Assembly (NCBI GenBank): GCA_965205855.1
Contig: OZ242184.1
Coordinates: forward strand, 576,001-640,000
DNA length: 64,000 bases
DNA from: Thermodesulfobacteriota bacterium
GTDB taxonomy: Bacteria; Desulfobacterota_D; UBA1144; Nemesobacterales; Mycalebacteriaceae
Direction: 5' to 3'
Under the pieces are notes generated by a model that was given only the letters and a program-made list of their open reading frames with translations, was not told the origin of the DNA and did not search any database. Both the position numbers and the translations under genes were made by a program. The stretch's first letter is position 1. Every line of letters starts with the position of its first letter. This document shows positions 1 to 11,902 of this stretch, piece after piece.

Positions 1-3000
1 ACAAAGGTAGCCTCATCACGCTCGATGGCTCTGGCAGTAACGACCCCGACGGCGATAATGCAAATCTGACGTATCTATGGACGCAGGTGCCGCTGGATAA
101 CGGCGGCGGCATCCCGGTGACTTTAAGCGATCCGACAGCACAGCAGCCGACGTTCACCATTCCAACCATAATTGCTCGCGAATTTACTTTTCGTTTCGAT
201 TTGGTCGTTAGCGACGGAGCGCTCTCGTCCACCAACACCGCCAGAGTCGAAATTTTTACCCGACCGAGATTTGGGTACCCCGAGACCCTTGTTGATCAGA
301 CCTATGTGGTGGGCAACCAAATTGCTGATCTGGCTTTGCCCACGGCACTGGATATTGTAGGCACTCCCAATACCTATATGCTGAGTCCCCTGCCGCCTGG
401 ACTGTCCTTTAATACTATTAACCGCACACTGTCTGGTACGCCGACCCAGGCTGGAACCTTTGACCTGACCTACGTCGCGACGAGTAGCATTGGCACGGAT
501 TCACGCAGCTTTAGCATTGCGGTGGTTGACCCCGTGACGGTTTCCATTGCACCCCCTGGCGCCGCAGTCGATGAAGGCGACCCCGCCACCTTCACCGTGA
601 CCCTGTCGGGTTCTCCCACGGATGAAGTGGTGGTGGACTATGCCACCTCAATCGCGATGGACGACACGGCGGTGGCGGCTGATTTCACAGAAACCACCGG
701 CACGCTGACCTTTGCCGCGAACGCGAGCGGGGCCGACCTGAGCCAGGAAATCAGCGTACCGACGACGGACGATAGCGAGACCGAGGGCGATGAGACCTTC
801 ACCCTGACCCTGAGTGCGAACACCAACAGCCCACTACCGGCAGGTGTCACTCTGGACACGACCACGGCCCAGGCGACCATCGCAGCCAGCGATGCGCCGG
901 TCAACAACCCGCCCACCACCAGCGCGTTCACGGTCACCACAAACGAGGATACCGACTATACCTTTGCGGCGTCCGACTTCCCCTTTACCGATACCGACAT
1001 GGGCGATATGCTGGAAGAAGTGCGCATCGATAGCCTGCCCGACAGCGCCGACGGCAGCCTGACCCTGAGCGGCGCAGCGGTCACCGCGATGGACGTGATT
1101 CCCGTTGCGAATATCCCAACTCTGGTCTATACCCCAGTGGCCAATGTCAACGGCGATGCGACCTTCACCTTCAGCGTCTCCGACGGCACTGCCTTTAGTG
1201 CCACGGCCACGGCAACCGTGACCGTAAACGCGGTCAATGACCTCACCACTGGCCAACCCGTCATCATCGGCGACTTGATCCAGGGCGCAACCCTGACGGT
1301 GGATACCTCCGCCATAATGGATGAGGATGGGCTGGGCACCTTTACCTATGGCTGGTTCCATGATGGTCTTCCGCCAGCCGTCTCGACCGAGGCAAGCTAC
1401 GCCCTGACCCAGGCCGATGTGGGCACTCTCCTGTTCCTGGAGGTCTTCCATACCGATGCGCAGGGCACCAGCCAGCAACTATCTACAGTCTTCACAGGCC
1501 TACCAGATTTCATCCGCATCGCCAACATCAACGACCTGCCCACCGGCCTGGCCATCAGCGGCGGGCTGGTGGTGGGCCAGACCCTCAGGGCGGATACCTC
1601 CACGCTGGTGGATATTGATGGCCTGCCGGATGAGTCCGATTTCACCTATCAATGGCTTGCGGATGGCCTGGCTATCGCCGGCGCCATGGGGCCGGAATAC
1701 GAACTGGCCGCGGCCCAGATAGGCGCTCAGATCAGCCTGAACCTGCGCTACACCGATAATTTTAACGCGAATGAGTCCATCACCAGCCCGGCGCGTGGCC
1801 CGGTGCGGGGGAGCGGCGTCAACACCCCGCCCACCACCAGCGGGCTGACGGCCAGCACGCCTGAGGATATGGCCTATACCTTTGCGGCGGATGATTTCAA
1901 TTTCGTCGACGTGGACACGGGCGATAGCCTGCAACAGGTGCGCATCGATAGCCTGCCCGACAGCGCCGACGGCAGCCTGGCGCTGAGCGGTACGCTGGTC
2001 ACCGCGATGGACGTGATTGCCGTTGCCGATATTCCGAACTTGATCTATACCCCGGTGACCAATGTCAACGGCGATGCGACCTTCACCTTCAGCGTCTCCG
2101 ACGGCACTGCCTTTAGTGCCACGCCCGCCACGGCAACCGTCAGCGTTACCGCAGTTAATGACGCGCCCACCATCACTGGCACCCCCGCCACAATGGTGAT
2201 GCAAGGGGTGGCCTATAGCTTTATGCCGGACGGCGCAGATGTCGATACTGGCGACACGCTGGTATATGCCATCACCAATATGCCAAGCTGGGCCAATTTC
2301 GATGCCGCGACCGGGGCCTTGACCGGCACGCCACAGAGCACCGATGTCGGTACCACCACGGGCATTATCATCAGCGTCACCGATAACAATATCGCCGCGC
2401 CAGTAGAACTGCCCGCCTTCGACATCGAAGTCACCGCCACCCCCAACAGCCCGCCCACCACCAGCGACCTGATGGTCATGACAGACGAGGATACCGACTA
2501 TACCTTTGCGGCGTCCGACTTCCCCTTTACCGATACCGACATGGACGATAGTCTGGAAGAGGTGCGCATCGATAGCCTGCCCGACAGCGGTAGCCTGACC
2601 CTAGGCGGCACAGAGGTTAACGAGGGGCAAGCGATTGCCGTTGCCGATATCCCGACTCTGGTCTATACCCCGGTGACCAATGTCAACGGCGATGCGACCT
2701 TCACCTTCAGCGTCTCCGACGGCACTGCCTTTAGTGCCACGCCCGCCACGGCAACCGTCAGCGTTACCGCAGTTAATGACGCGCCCACCATCACTGGCAC
2801 CCCCGCCACAATGGTGATGCAAGGGGTGGCCTATAGCTTTATGCCGGACGGCGCAGATGTCGATACTGGCGACACGCTGGTATATGCCATCACCAATATG
2901 CCAAGCTGGGCCAATTTCGATGCCGCGACCGGGGCCTTGACCGGCACGCCACAGAGCACCGATGTCGGTACCACCACGGGCATTATCATCAGCGTCACCG

Positions 3001-6000
3001 ATAACAATATCGCCGCGCCAGTAGAACTGCCCGCCTTCGACATCGAAGTCACCGCCACCCCCAACAGCCCGCCCACCACTGGCGATCTGATGGTCATGAC
3101 AGACGAGGATACCGACTATACCTTTGCGTCGGCCAACTTCCCCTTTGCCGATACCGACGGCGATACCCTGGCAGCGGTGCGCATCGATAGCCTGCCCGAC
3201 AGCGCCGACGGCAGCCTGGCGCTGAGCGGTACGCTGGTCACCGCGATGGACGTGATTGCCGTTGCCGATATTCCGAACTTGATCTATACCCCGGTGACCA
3301 ATGTCAACGGCGATGCGACCTTCACCTTCAGCGTCTCCGACGGCACTGCCTTTAGTACCCCCCCCGCCACGGCAACCGTGAGCGTTACCGCGGTTAATGA
3401 CGCGCCCACCATCACTGGCACCCCCGCCACAATGGTGATGCAAGGGGTGGCCTATAGCTTTATGCCGGACGGCGCAGATGTCGATACTGGCGACACGCTG
3501 GTATATGCCATCACCAATATGCCAAGCTGGGCCAATTTCGATGCCGCGACTGGGGCCTTGACCGGCACGCCCGCCAACGCCGATGTCGGTAACTACGAGG
3601 ACATCGTGATCAGCGTCACCGATGGCATCATCGCCACACCGGTCGCGCTGCCCGCCTTCGATATCGCCGTCACCAACACCAATGACGCGCCCACCATCAG
3701 CGGCACGCCCGCCACAACCGTGGCCGAAGACAGCGCCTATAGCTTCACGCCAACCGGTGCCGACGATGATGGCGACACGCTGACCTATGCCATTACAAAC
3801 ATGCCGTCATGGGCCAGTTTCAGCACCGCAACCGGGGCCTTGACCGGCACCCCCGCCAACGCCGATGTCGGCGACTACGAGGACATCGTGATCAGCGTCA
3901 CCGATGGCATCATCGCCACACCGGTCGGCCTCGCATCCTTCGATATCGCCGTCACCAACACCAATGACGCGCCCACCCTCAGCGGCACGCCCGCCACCAG
4001 CGTGGCCGAAGACAGCGCTTATAGCTTCACGCCAACCGGTGCCGACGATGATGGCGACACGCTGACCTATGCCATTACAAACCTGCCGTCATGGGCCAGC
4101 TTCAGCACCACAACCGGGGCCTTGACCGGCACGCCCGTCAACGCCGATGTCGGCGACCACGAGGACATCGTGATCAGCGTCACCGATGGCATCATCGCCA
4201 CGCCAGTAGCGCTGCCGGCCTTTGCTATCGAGGTCACCAACACCAATGACGCGCCCACCCTCAGCGGCACGCCCGCCACCAGCGTGGCCGAAGACAGCGC
4301 CTATAGCTTCACGCCAACCGCTGAAGATGCGGATGGCGACAGGCTGACCTGGGCGATCACAAACATGCCTTTATGGGCCAGTTTCGACACCACAACCGGG
4401 GCCTTGACCGGCACGCCCGCCAACGAGCATGTCGGCGACTACGAGGACATCGTGATCAGCGTCACCGATAACAATATCGCCGCGCCAGTAGAACTGCCCG
4501 CTTCGACATCGAAGTCACCGCCACCCCCAACAGCCCGCCCACCACTGGCGATCTGATGGTCATGACAAACGAGGATAGCGACTATACCTTTGCGGTGGCC
4601 AACTTCCCCTTTACCGATGACGATAGCGGCGATACCCTGCAACAAGTGCGCATCGATAGCCTGCCCGACAGCGCGGATGGCGGCCTGGCGTTGAACGGTA
4701 CGCCGGTCACCGCGATGGACGTGATTGCCGTTGCCGATATTCCGACTCTGGTCTATACCCCGGTGACCAATGTCAACGGCGATGCGACCTTCACCTTCAG
4801 CGTCTCCGACGGCACTGACTTCAGTACCCCGCCCGCCACGGCAACCCTGACCGTTACTCCGGTCAATGACGCGCCCACCGCCCGTGCCGGTTCAGATCGG
4901 GATGTAGGGAGCAAAGGTAGCCTCATCACGCTTGATGGCTCTCGCAGTTCCGACCCGGATGCGAGCGACATGCTGACGTATCAATGGACGCAGCAGCCTG
5001 GCAGCGTCACGGTGACTTTAAGCGATCCGACAGCACCGCGGCCGACGTTCACCATTCCAACCGTAATAGAGAGCGGTTTTACTTTTGTTTTCAGTCTGGT
5101 CGTTAGCGACGGAGCGCTCTCGTCCACCAACACGGCTAGCATCACCGTCCGTACCAGACCGATATTTCAGTTCCCCACGACCCTTGATAATCAGACCTAT
5201 GTGGTGGGCAACCAAATTGATGATCTGACTTTGCCCACGGCACTGGATATTGTAGGCAATCCCAATACCTATGCGCTGAGTCCCCTGCCGCCTGGACTGT
5301 CCTTTAATACTACTAACCGCACACTGTCTGGTACGCCGACCCAGTCTGGAACCTTTGACCTGACCTACGTCGCGACGAGTAGCATTGGCACGGATTCACG
5401 CAGCTTTAGCATTGCGGTGGTTGACCCCGTGACGGTTTCCATTGCCCCCCCTGGCGCCGCAGTCGATGAAGGCGATCCCGCGACCTTCACCGTGACCCTG
5501 TCGGGTTCTCCCACGGATGAAGTGGTGGTGGACTATGCCACCTCGCCCGACACGGCGGTGGCGGCCGATTTCACCGATACCAACGGCACGCTGACCTTCG
5601 CGGCAGGTGCGACCGACCTGAGCCAGGAAATCAGCGTACCGACGGAGGACGATAGCGAGACCGAGGGGGTCGAGACCTTCACTCTGACCCTGAGCGAGCC
5701 CAGCGGGGGCTTCCCGACCGGGGTCACCCTGGACTCCTCGGCCACCAGCGCCCAGGCGACCATTGCAGCCAGCGATGCGCCGGTCAACAGCCCGCCCACC
5801 ACCAGCGATCTGACGGTCACCACAAACGAGGATACCGACTATACCTTTGCGGCGTCCGACTTTAACTTTACCGATGCCGACATGGGCGATAGCCTGGACG
5901 CGGTGCGCATAGATAGCCTGCCCGCCAGCGCCGACGGCAACCTGACCCTGAACAACACAGCGGTGATCGTGGCCCAAGAGATTGCCGTTGCGGATATTCC

Positions 6001-9000
6001 GAACCTGGTCTATACCCCGGTGGCCAATGTCAACGGCGATGCGACCTTCACCTTCAGCGTCTCCGACGGCACTGCCTTTAGTGCCACGCCCGCCACGGCA
6101 ACCGTCACCATTAACTCGGTCAATGATGATCCTAGTGGCGAGGTGACGATCAGCGGCACTCCCCAGGTGGGCCAGACCCTGACAGCGGACACCTCTGGAA
6201 TTACCGATGCCGATGGCCCTGCTACTCTGTCATTCACCTATCAATGGCTTGCGGGTAACACTCCTATCAGCAACTCGGACTCTGCAACCTACATGCTGAC
6301 CGGGGACGAATTAGGCGAGATGATCAGCGTGGACGTCAGCTACATGGATGCCGATGGCTTTGAGGGAGGTGTTGTCAGTGATCCCGTCGGACCGGTGGTG
6401 GCGGCAAGCACCCCGAATACCCCGCCGACCTCAAGCGATCTGGCGGTCACCATAGACGAGGATACCCCCCATACCTTTGCGGTGGCCGACTTCCCCTTTA
6501 GCGATGTCGACACCAGCGACAGCCTGCAACAGGTGAGCATCGATAGACTGCCTACAACCGGCAGCCTGACCCTCGGTGGCGCATCGGTTAGAGCGGGGCA
6601 AGAGATTACCGTTGCCAGTATTCCGAACCTGGTCTATACCCCGGTCGCAAATGCCAACGGCACGGACACCTTCACTTACAGAGTCTCTGACGGCACTGCC
6701 TTCAGTGCGGTAGCCACGGCAGCCCTGACCATCACCCCGGTCGATGATGACCCCGATGGCGAGGTGACAATCACCGGCACCCCGACCGAGGGCATGGAAC
6801 TCACGGCCGACACCACAGGCATAAGCGACCCTGACGGTCCCGGCACTTTGGGCTTCTCATATCAATGGCTCGCAAACGGAGTTGATATTAGCGGTGCTAC
6901 CTCTGCGACCTACACCCTTACACAGAGCGAGGTGGGACAGAACATCTCCGTTACCGTCACATACACCGATGATGGCAGCACCGACGAGACCCTGACCAGT
7001 GATACCGTCGGGCCGGTTTCCAACACCAATGACTCTCCCACCGGAGTACCTACCATCACCGGCACACCGACACAGGGCGCGGAACTCACCGCCGACACCA
7101 CAGGCATAAGCGACCCTGACGGCCCCAGCACTTTGGACTTCTCCTATCAATGGCTGGCAGACGGAGTTGATATTAGCGGTGCTACCTCTGCGACCTACAC
7201 CCTTACACAGAGCGAGGTGGGACAGAACATCTCCGTTACCGTCACATACACCGATGATGGCGGCACCAGCGAGACCCTGACCAGTGATACCGTCGGGCCG
7301 GTTTCCAACACCAATGACTCTCCCACCGGAGTACCTGTCATCACCGGCACACCGACACAGGGCGCGGAACTCACCGCCGACACCACAGGCATAAGCGACC
7401 CTGACGGTCCCGGCACTTTGGACTTCTCACATCAATGGCTCGCAGACGGAGTTGATATTAGCGGTGCTACCTCTGCGACCTACACCCTTACACAGAGCGA
7501 GGTGGGACAGAACATCTCCGTTACCGTCACATACACCGATGATGGCAGCACCGACGAGACCCTTACCAGTGATACCGTCGGGCCGGTTTCCAACACCAAT
7601 GACTCTCCCACCGGATTACCTGTCATTACCGGCATGGCGAACGAGGGAGAGGTACTGACGGCGGATGTCTCCGGTATTGAGGATATAGATGGTATTGATA
7701 CCGAGAGTTTGAGCTACCAATGGAATACCAACGATGGCACAGTGGACACGCCGATTAACAACGCGACCACCGAAACCTACACCCCGACCGAGGACGAGGT
7801 GGGCGAGTTTATCACGGTGACGGTCATCTTCACAGATGGCGGTGGCACGCGTGAAAGCCTTACAAGTGAGTCAACGATGGAGGTGACAGATATTGTCAGG
7901 GTGTTAACGACGGACGAGGCGTTGCGTCTCAACGCGGAGCCACCGACCACGGACACGACGGGCAGTATTATCATGTTGTCGACCAGCGAAGAAGTAATCC
8001 TTGATAACGCTAATGGTGAGGATTTCACAGTTACCTCAACCCTGAATGGCGAAACAATACCTCACGAGGTTACCGATATCAGGGCGGGCAGTATCGTACT
8101 GGAGGTGACCCCGGCAATCGGGTTCGGGTCTCTCATCGTGGTTTCCTATAGTCCGGTTCAAGGTTCCATTACGGGTGTCAATACGGGCAATCCGGTGGTT
8201 CCGTTCAGTATAAGTGTGAACAACGCGGTACGGCCGTTGAATGAAGACCTGGATCGTGAAGGGAGGAAAACGTTGTTGACGCACCTTGCGGGTGTTCAGA
8301 GCGATCTGGTGATAAGTACGGTACAGAACCACCTGAGGGCGCTGGACGGAGGCAACCGTGTGAGCGTTCCACGACATGCGGGCGTAGAGACAGAGGGAGA
8401 AGGCAAATACGTTGAATACGAGAACGTCCGTGAGATGCTGTCTCATCTGGAGTTTGATCTTTCCCTGAACAGTCTGATGGGGTCGAATGAGGAGTGGCGC
8501 AAGACCGGTATTTCGTCCGCCGGGTTAGAGAGTTCGACTGATTTGTCATCGCCGCGGACACTTACCCTGTGGGGAGGAGGAGGCGAGACGCGTCTGGACA
8601 ACGATTACAATACATCCGGTGACGACAATCGCTATGACGGTCGTGTGTGGTCTTACAACACAGGTTTGGATTACCGTCCCTCGGAGTCTTTGACCTTGGG
8701 CGCGGCAGTGGGTTATTTGGACAGTGAACTGACAACCACCTACAACGAAGGCACCTATGATGAGAAGATGGTATCGGTGTCACCGTACCTGCTGTATGAG
8801 AGTCCGTGGGGTCTGGATATATCCCTGTTTGGGGGCTACGGAATAGGAGATGTTGACCTGACGGGGACGTTTGGACAGGCGAGCACGCCGTTTGTGGCAT
8901 TTACCGACAGTAATCTGTTATTTGGCGCGGTGCGTGTGTCGGGTGCGATGAAGTTTTTGGATAACAGTTTGGAAGTGGTACCGAATGTGAGTCTGCTCGG

Positions 9001-9631
9001 CAGTCGCAAGAGGCTGGAGGGATATACGGACAGCAGCAACCGTGAGATTGGTGAGACCACGGCGTCAGTGCTTCGCCTGACGCCGGGTTTTGAGGTGAGT
9101 TACCGTGTGAAGTTTTCAGGAGTAACGTTGAGGCCGTTTGCGAGCGGAGGTTTGATATTTGATTTATTAGATACGGTGAATGATGACGATATGACGTACA
9201 GTGTTGGCGGTGGAATGCGTTTTGAAACCGAGGTGGGTTTGAGCGGTTCTGTGGAGGGTCAGCGTGAGCTGGGTCGTGAAGCGGTAGAGCAACGGCGCTT
9301 TGTGGGCGCGTTGTCTTACGGTATTGCTGTGGGCAGGAATGGGAGAGCGGGGACTGTGACGCCGTCTGTAGGTATTAATCACGCATCCGGGGATGATGTG
9401 TCCGCAGAGGGATTGTCACAGGCATACGTGCTGGAATACACCACGAGAGGTGGAGGCCACAGTATTAGTTTTGAGCATGACAGGTCGGAAGAGGAGGGAG
9501 CGCGCTCCGGTCTGGGTTATCGTTACGGAGCAGAGATTATGCCGGGATTGAACTTGGAGGCAACAGTGTCGTCCCCGAATGTTGAAAAACGTGAGGTTAA
9601 GGGATTTGTTGGCATGAAACTCCGGTTTTAA
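1..9631 (+). CDS. Giant repetitive adhesin/autotransporter, 5' truncated by window edge, interrupted by a 1-bp deletion at ~4501 (ORFs 87-4556 and 4556-9631 are one gene)
   Basis: Frame is open from nt 3 (KGSLITLDGSGSNDPDG..LTYLWTQ, PKD-like). Contains Calx-beta-like (VDEGDPATFTVTLSG..DYAT..DFT..GTLTFA), cadherin-like (NEDTDYTFAASDF..VRIDSLP) and Ig-like (NDAPTITGTP..PSWA.F...TGALTGTP) modules. C-terminus has an alternating beta-strand pattern ending VGMKLRF*. Confidence 0.85.
2044..3700 (+). repeat. Near-identical intragenic repeat, period ~618-621 bp (cadherin-like + Ig-like module pair), about 3 copies
   Basis: tctataccccggtgaccaatgtcaacggc recurs at 2044, 2662 and 3283; 2044-2460 and 2662-3078 read as essentially identical. 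Confidence 0.9.
3681..4526 (+). repeat. Three tandem 282-bp Ig-like module repeats
   Basis: aatgacgcgcccacc recurs at 3681, 3963 and 4245. Confidence 0.9.
6770..7624 (+). repeat. Three tandem 285-bp repeats (95-aa ITGTPT.G.ELTADTTGISDPDG..YQW module)
   Basis: atcaccggcac at 6770, 7055 and 7340; a diverged fourth unit starts at 7625. Confidence 0.92.
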
Positions 9632-9634
9632 AAA

Positions 9635-9765
9635 CAAGGCGTTTTCCCGTCCTGCTGTTTATCCAGCCCCTTTGCGTTTGCCCCGAAATAACTCTCATCC
9701 ACCTCAATCTCGCTACCAAACACCGATTCGCTCTCGACTTCCAGTTCATAGGCAATGATCTCGCG
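9635..9765 (-). mobile_element. IS1595-family (IS1016-like) DDE transposase fragment, degraded
   Basis: Minus-strand translation REIIAYELEVESESVFGSEIEVDESYFG, then KRKG after a 1-nt shift. Matches the family hallmark GEIEVDESYFGGKRKG. No start codon and no full ORF. Confidence 0.8.
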
Positions 9766-9949
9766 TTAGGGCCGTGGCTCCGGCCACAAAATGCTCTATT
9801 AAACGGGCTACTTATGATTGATTAAGTGACTCTTTCTCATACACCCAAATCGCGGACCTTTTCGAAGATAGCTGTAAGGCTGACAAGTCCAAGGGATCAA
9901 ACCGCATCAAGTTCAAACACGCAGGAGGGGACGACAGGTTCTTACGCAG

Positions 9950-10171
9950 TCTCGATGGCAAGACAGTACCAGTGCCCAACTTGGCAGCGGCGCAGCCACA
10001 CCTTATGCAGTGCCGGGAGACAGGACAATCTCTGGCGACTATGTAAGGGCGACTCTGCGCTATGAGATCAAGGACCGTATCAACCTAGACAGCACTATCG
10101 AATATGCACGGACCACGGGCAGTGCCTCGCACGCAACCTCGTGACAACTGGGACTGGTGTTCAACTTTTAA
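9950..10171 (+). pseudogene. Remnant C-terminus of an outer-membrane beta-barrel (autotransporter-like) gene
   Basis: One frame reads WQDSTSAQLGSGAATPYAVPGDRTISGDYVRATLRYEIKDRINLDSTIEYARTTGSASHATS*QLGLVFNF*. Amphipathic strands and a terminal Phe beta-signal; internal TGA at 10142-10144; no start codon. Confidence 0.55.
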
Positions 10172-10181
10172 GGGCAATCCT

Positions 10182-10988
10182 TCAGGGTTTGTCCGGACGA
10201 CTTTCCGCGCGTCCGCAGATATTTTCAATATGGCGGTCAACCATACCCGCAGTTTGCGGAGACGGGTTGCTATCCGATATTGCGCCGAACTCGGAGCAGG
10301 CGGATTGCGTGTCACCCGTTTTCATCAGCGCAACCGCAAGGTTGAGACGCGCTTCGTTGTATTTCGGAGCGTATCTCAACGCCGTTTTGAAATGAATTAT
10401 CGCTTCTTTCTCCCTTGAAAGCCTCGTAAGCATCTTCCCGTATTCGTTTCTGGAATAGATATTGAACGGTTCAAGTTTAAGGGACTTTTGAAAAAAGAGT
10501 TCGGCGGACGGGTTGTCTCCCTTGAATTCATACGCCTTGGCGATGTTGACAAAGGCCGCATATCTGAGCGGATATCCGATGTCTTCGGTCACTATCGAGC
10601 AATGCTCAATCGCGGCGTCCGGATTTTTTGTTTTGAGATAAAGTCCGCAAAGGTTGTATCTGGCTTTGGTGTAATCGCTTTTAATCTCAAGCGCCTTTTT
10701 GTAGCTTCTCTCGGTTCCTTTCAAGTCTTGAAGACCAAAGTAGGAGATGCCTTTTATCAGATGAATTTCCGGATCATTCGGATTCTGCAGTTCCGCCGCT
10801 TTTATCTCCCTTATCGCTCCGGCAAAGTCTCCTCCCCTCGCGTATGAGACCGCAAGCGCTTTCCGGTTGACCGGAGACACAACGGGTTTGGGCGGATTCG
10901 CCGTATTTCCCGTGCACGCTCCCGCAAGCAGGCAGAGAGAGCAGATGACTGTCAGAAGATATACGTATTTTTTCAACAATTTGTGCAT
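10182..10988 (-). CDS. TPR lipoprotein, PilF/PilW (pilotin)-like
   Basis: Lipobox-like LAGAC, multiple TPRs (ARYNLCGLY, SRNEYGKML, ARLNLAVAL), Y......NI motif typical of PilF. Confidence 0.7.
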   Translation of the reverse strand: MHKLLKKYVYLLTVICSLCLLAGACTGNTANPPKPVVSPVNRKALAVSYARGGDFAGAIREIKAAELQNPNDPEIHLIKGISYFGLQDLKGTERSYKKALEIKSDYTKARYNLCGLYLKTKNPDAAIEHCSIVTEDIGYPLRYAAFVNIAKAYEFKGDNPSAELFFQKSLKLEPFNIYSRNEYGKMLTRLSREKEAIIHFKTALRYAPKYNEARLNLAVALMKTGDTQSACSEFGAISDSNPSPQTAGMVDRHIENICGRAESRPDKP

Positions 10989-10999
10989 CCGGCAAAAAC

Positions 11000-11902
11000 T
11001 CAAATACGGGACATTTGTATAAAACTGTTCAGACGGCTTTCAAATTTTCCCCTGTTAAGTTGCTCCACGCTTTCCGTTCCGAGTTTTTCCACGGTAAAAG
11101 AAGCCAGAACACAACCGTGCAGAACGGCTTTTTTCAGGTTCTCATGTTTGTCCGCACCGTTTTCAGTCAGATAACCCATAAACCCGCCCGCGAAAGTGTC
11201 TCCGGCTCCGGTAGGGTCAACCGCGCGCTCCACCGGATACGCGGGGGAATGGAAGATGCCGTTTTCGGAAAACATTATGCACCCGGATTCGCCTTTTTTT
11301 ATGACAACCGTGCGAGGGCCCATCTTCATTATGGCGCGCGCCGAGGCATGAACGGATTTTTCTCCGCTCAAAGACAACGCCTCGGACTGGTTAATGATGA
11401 GAATGTCAACCATTTGCAAGGTTTTCAACAGGTCTTGCATGCTGTTTTCTATCCAGAAATTCATGGTGTCGCATGCCACGACGCGCGGAGACTTTATCTG
11501 CTTCAGGACGTCCATCTGCGTAACGGGGTCCATGTTTGCAAGAAACACAAATTCCGCGCTTTTGAGATTTTCGGGGAGATTCGGCTTGAAATTCTCAAAC
11601 ACATTCAGGTTCACGGAAACAGTTTCGGGGTCTCCGAGGTTTTTGTCGTATCTGCCTTTCCAGCGAAAAGTCTCTCCGTCCGCCGTTTCAAGACCACTTG
11701 TGTCAACCCCGAATTTGCGCAGCAAATCGGCGTGCGAAGCCGGGAAATCCTTTCCGATGACTGCGGAGATTCCGACCTTTGTGAAAAGAGACGCACCGAT
11801 ACATGAATACACAGCCGAACCTCCGAGAATTTCATCCCCTTTCCCGAGAGGGGTCTCTATGGAATCAAGCGCCACGGTGCCGACTATCGCGAGTTTGCTC
11901 AT
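11000..11902 (-). CDS. PfkB-family carbohydrate/nucleoside kinase
   Basis: LGGSAVY N-terminal signature and DPTGAGDTFAGG. Confidence 0.92.
   Translation of the reverse strand: MSKLAIVGTVALDSIETPLGKGDEILGGSAVYSCIGASLFTKVGISAVIGKDFPASHADLLRKFGVDTSGLETADGETFRWKGRYDKNLGDPETVSVNLNVFENFKPNLPENLKSAEFVFLANMDPVTQMDVLKQIKSPRVVACDTMNFWIENSMQDLLKTLQMVDILIINQSEALSLSGEKSVHASARAIMKMGPRTVVIKKGESGCIMFSENGIFHSPAYPVERAVDPTGAGDTFAGGFMGYLTENGADKHENLKKAVLHGCVLASFTVEKLGTESVEQLNRGKFESRLNSFIQMSRI

Noticed and set aside
3358-3365. C8 tract in the adhesin as a phase-variation switch
   Set aside because: It is in frame and appears to result from one substitution relative to a sister copy (accccgcccgcc at ~4826). It is not the site of the observed frameshift.
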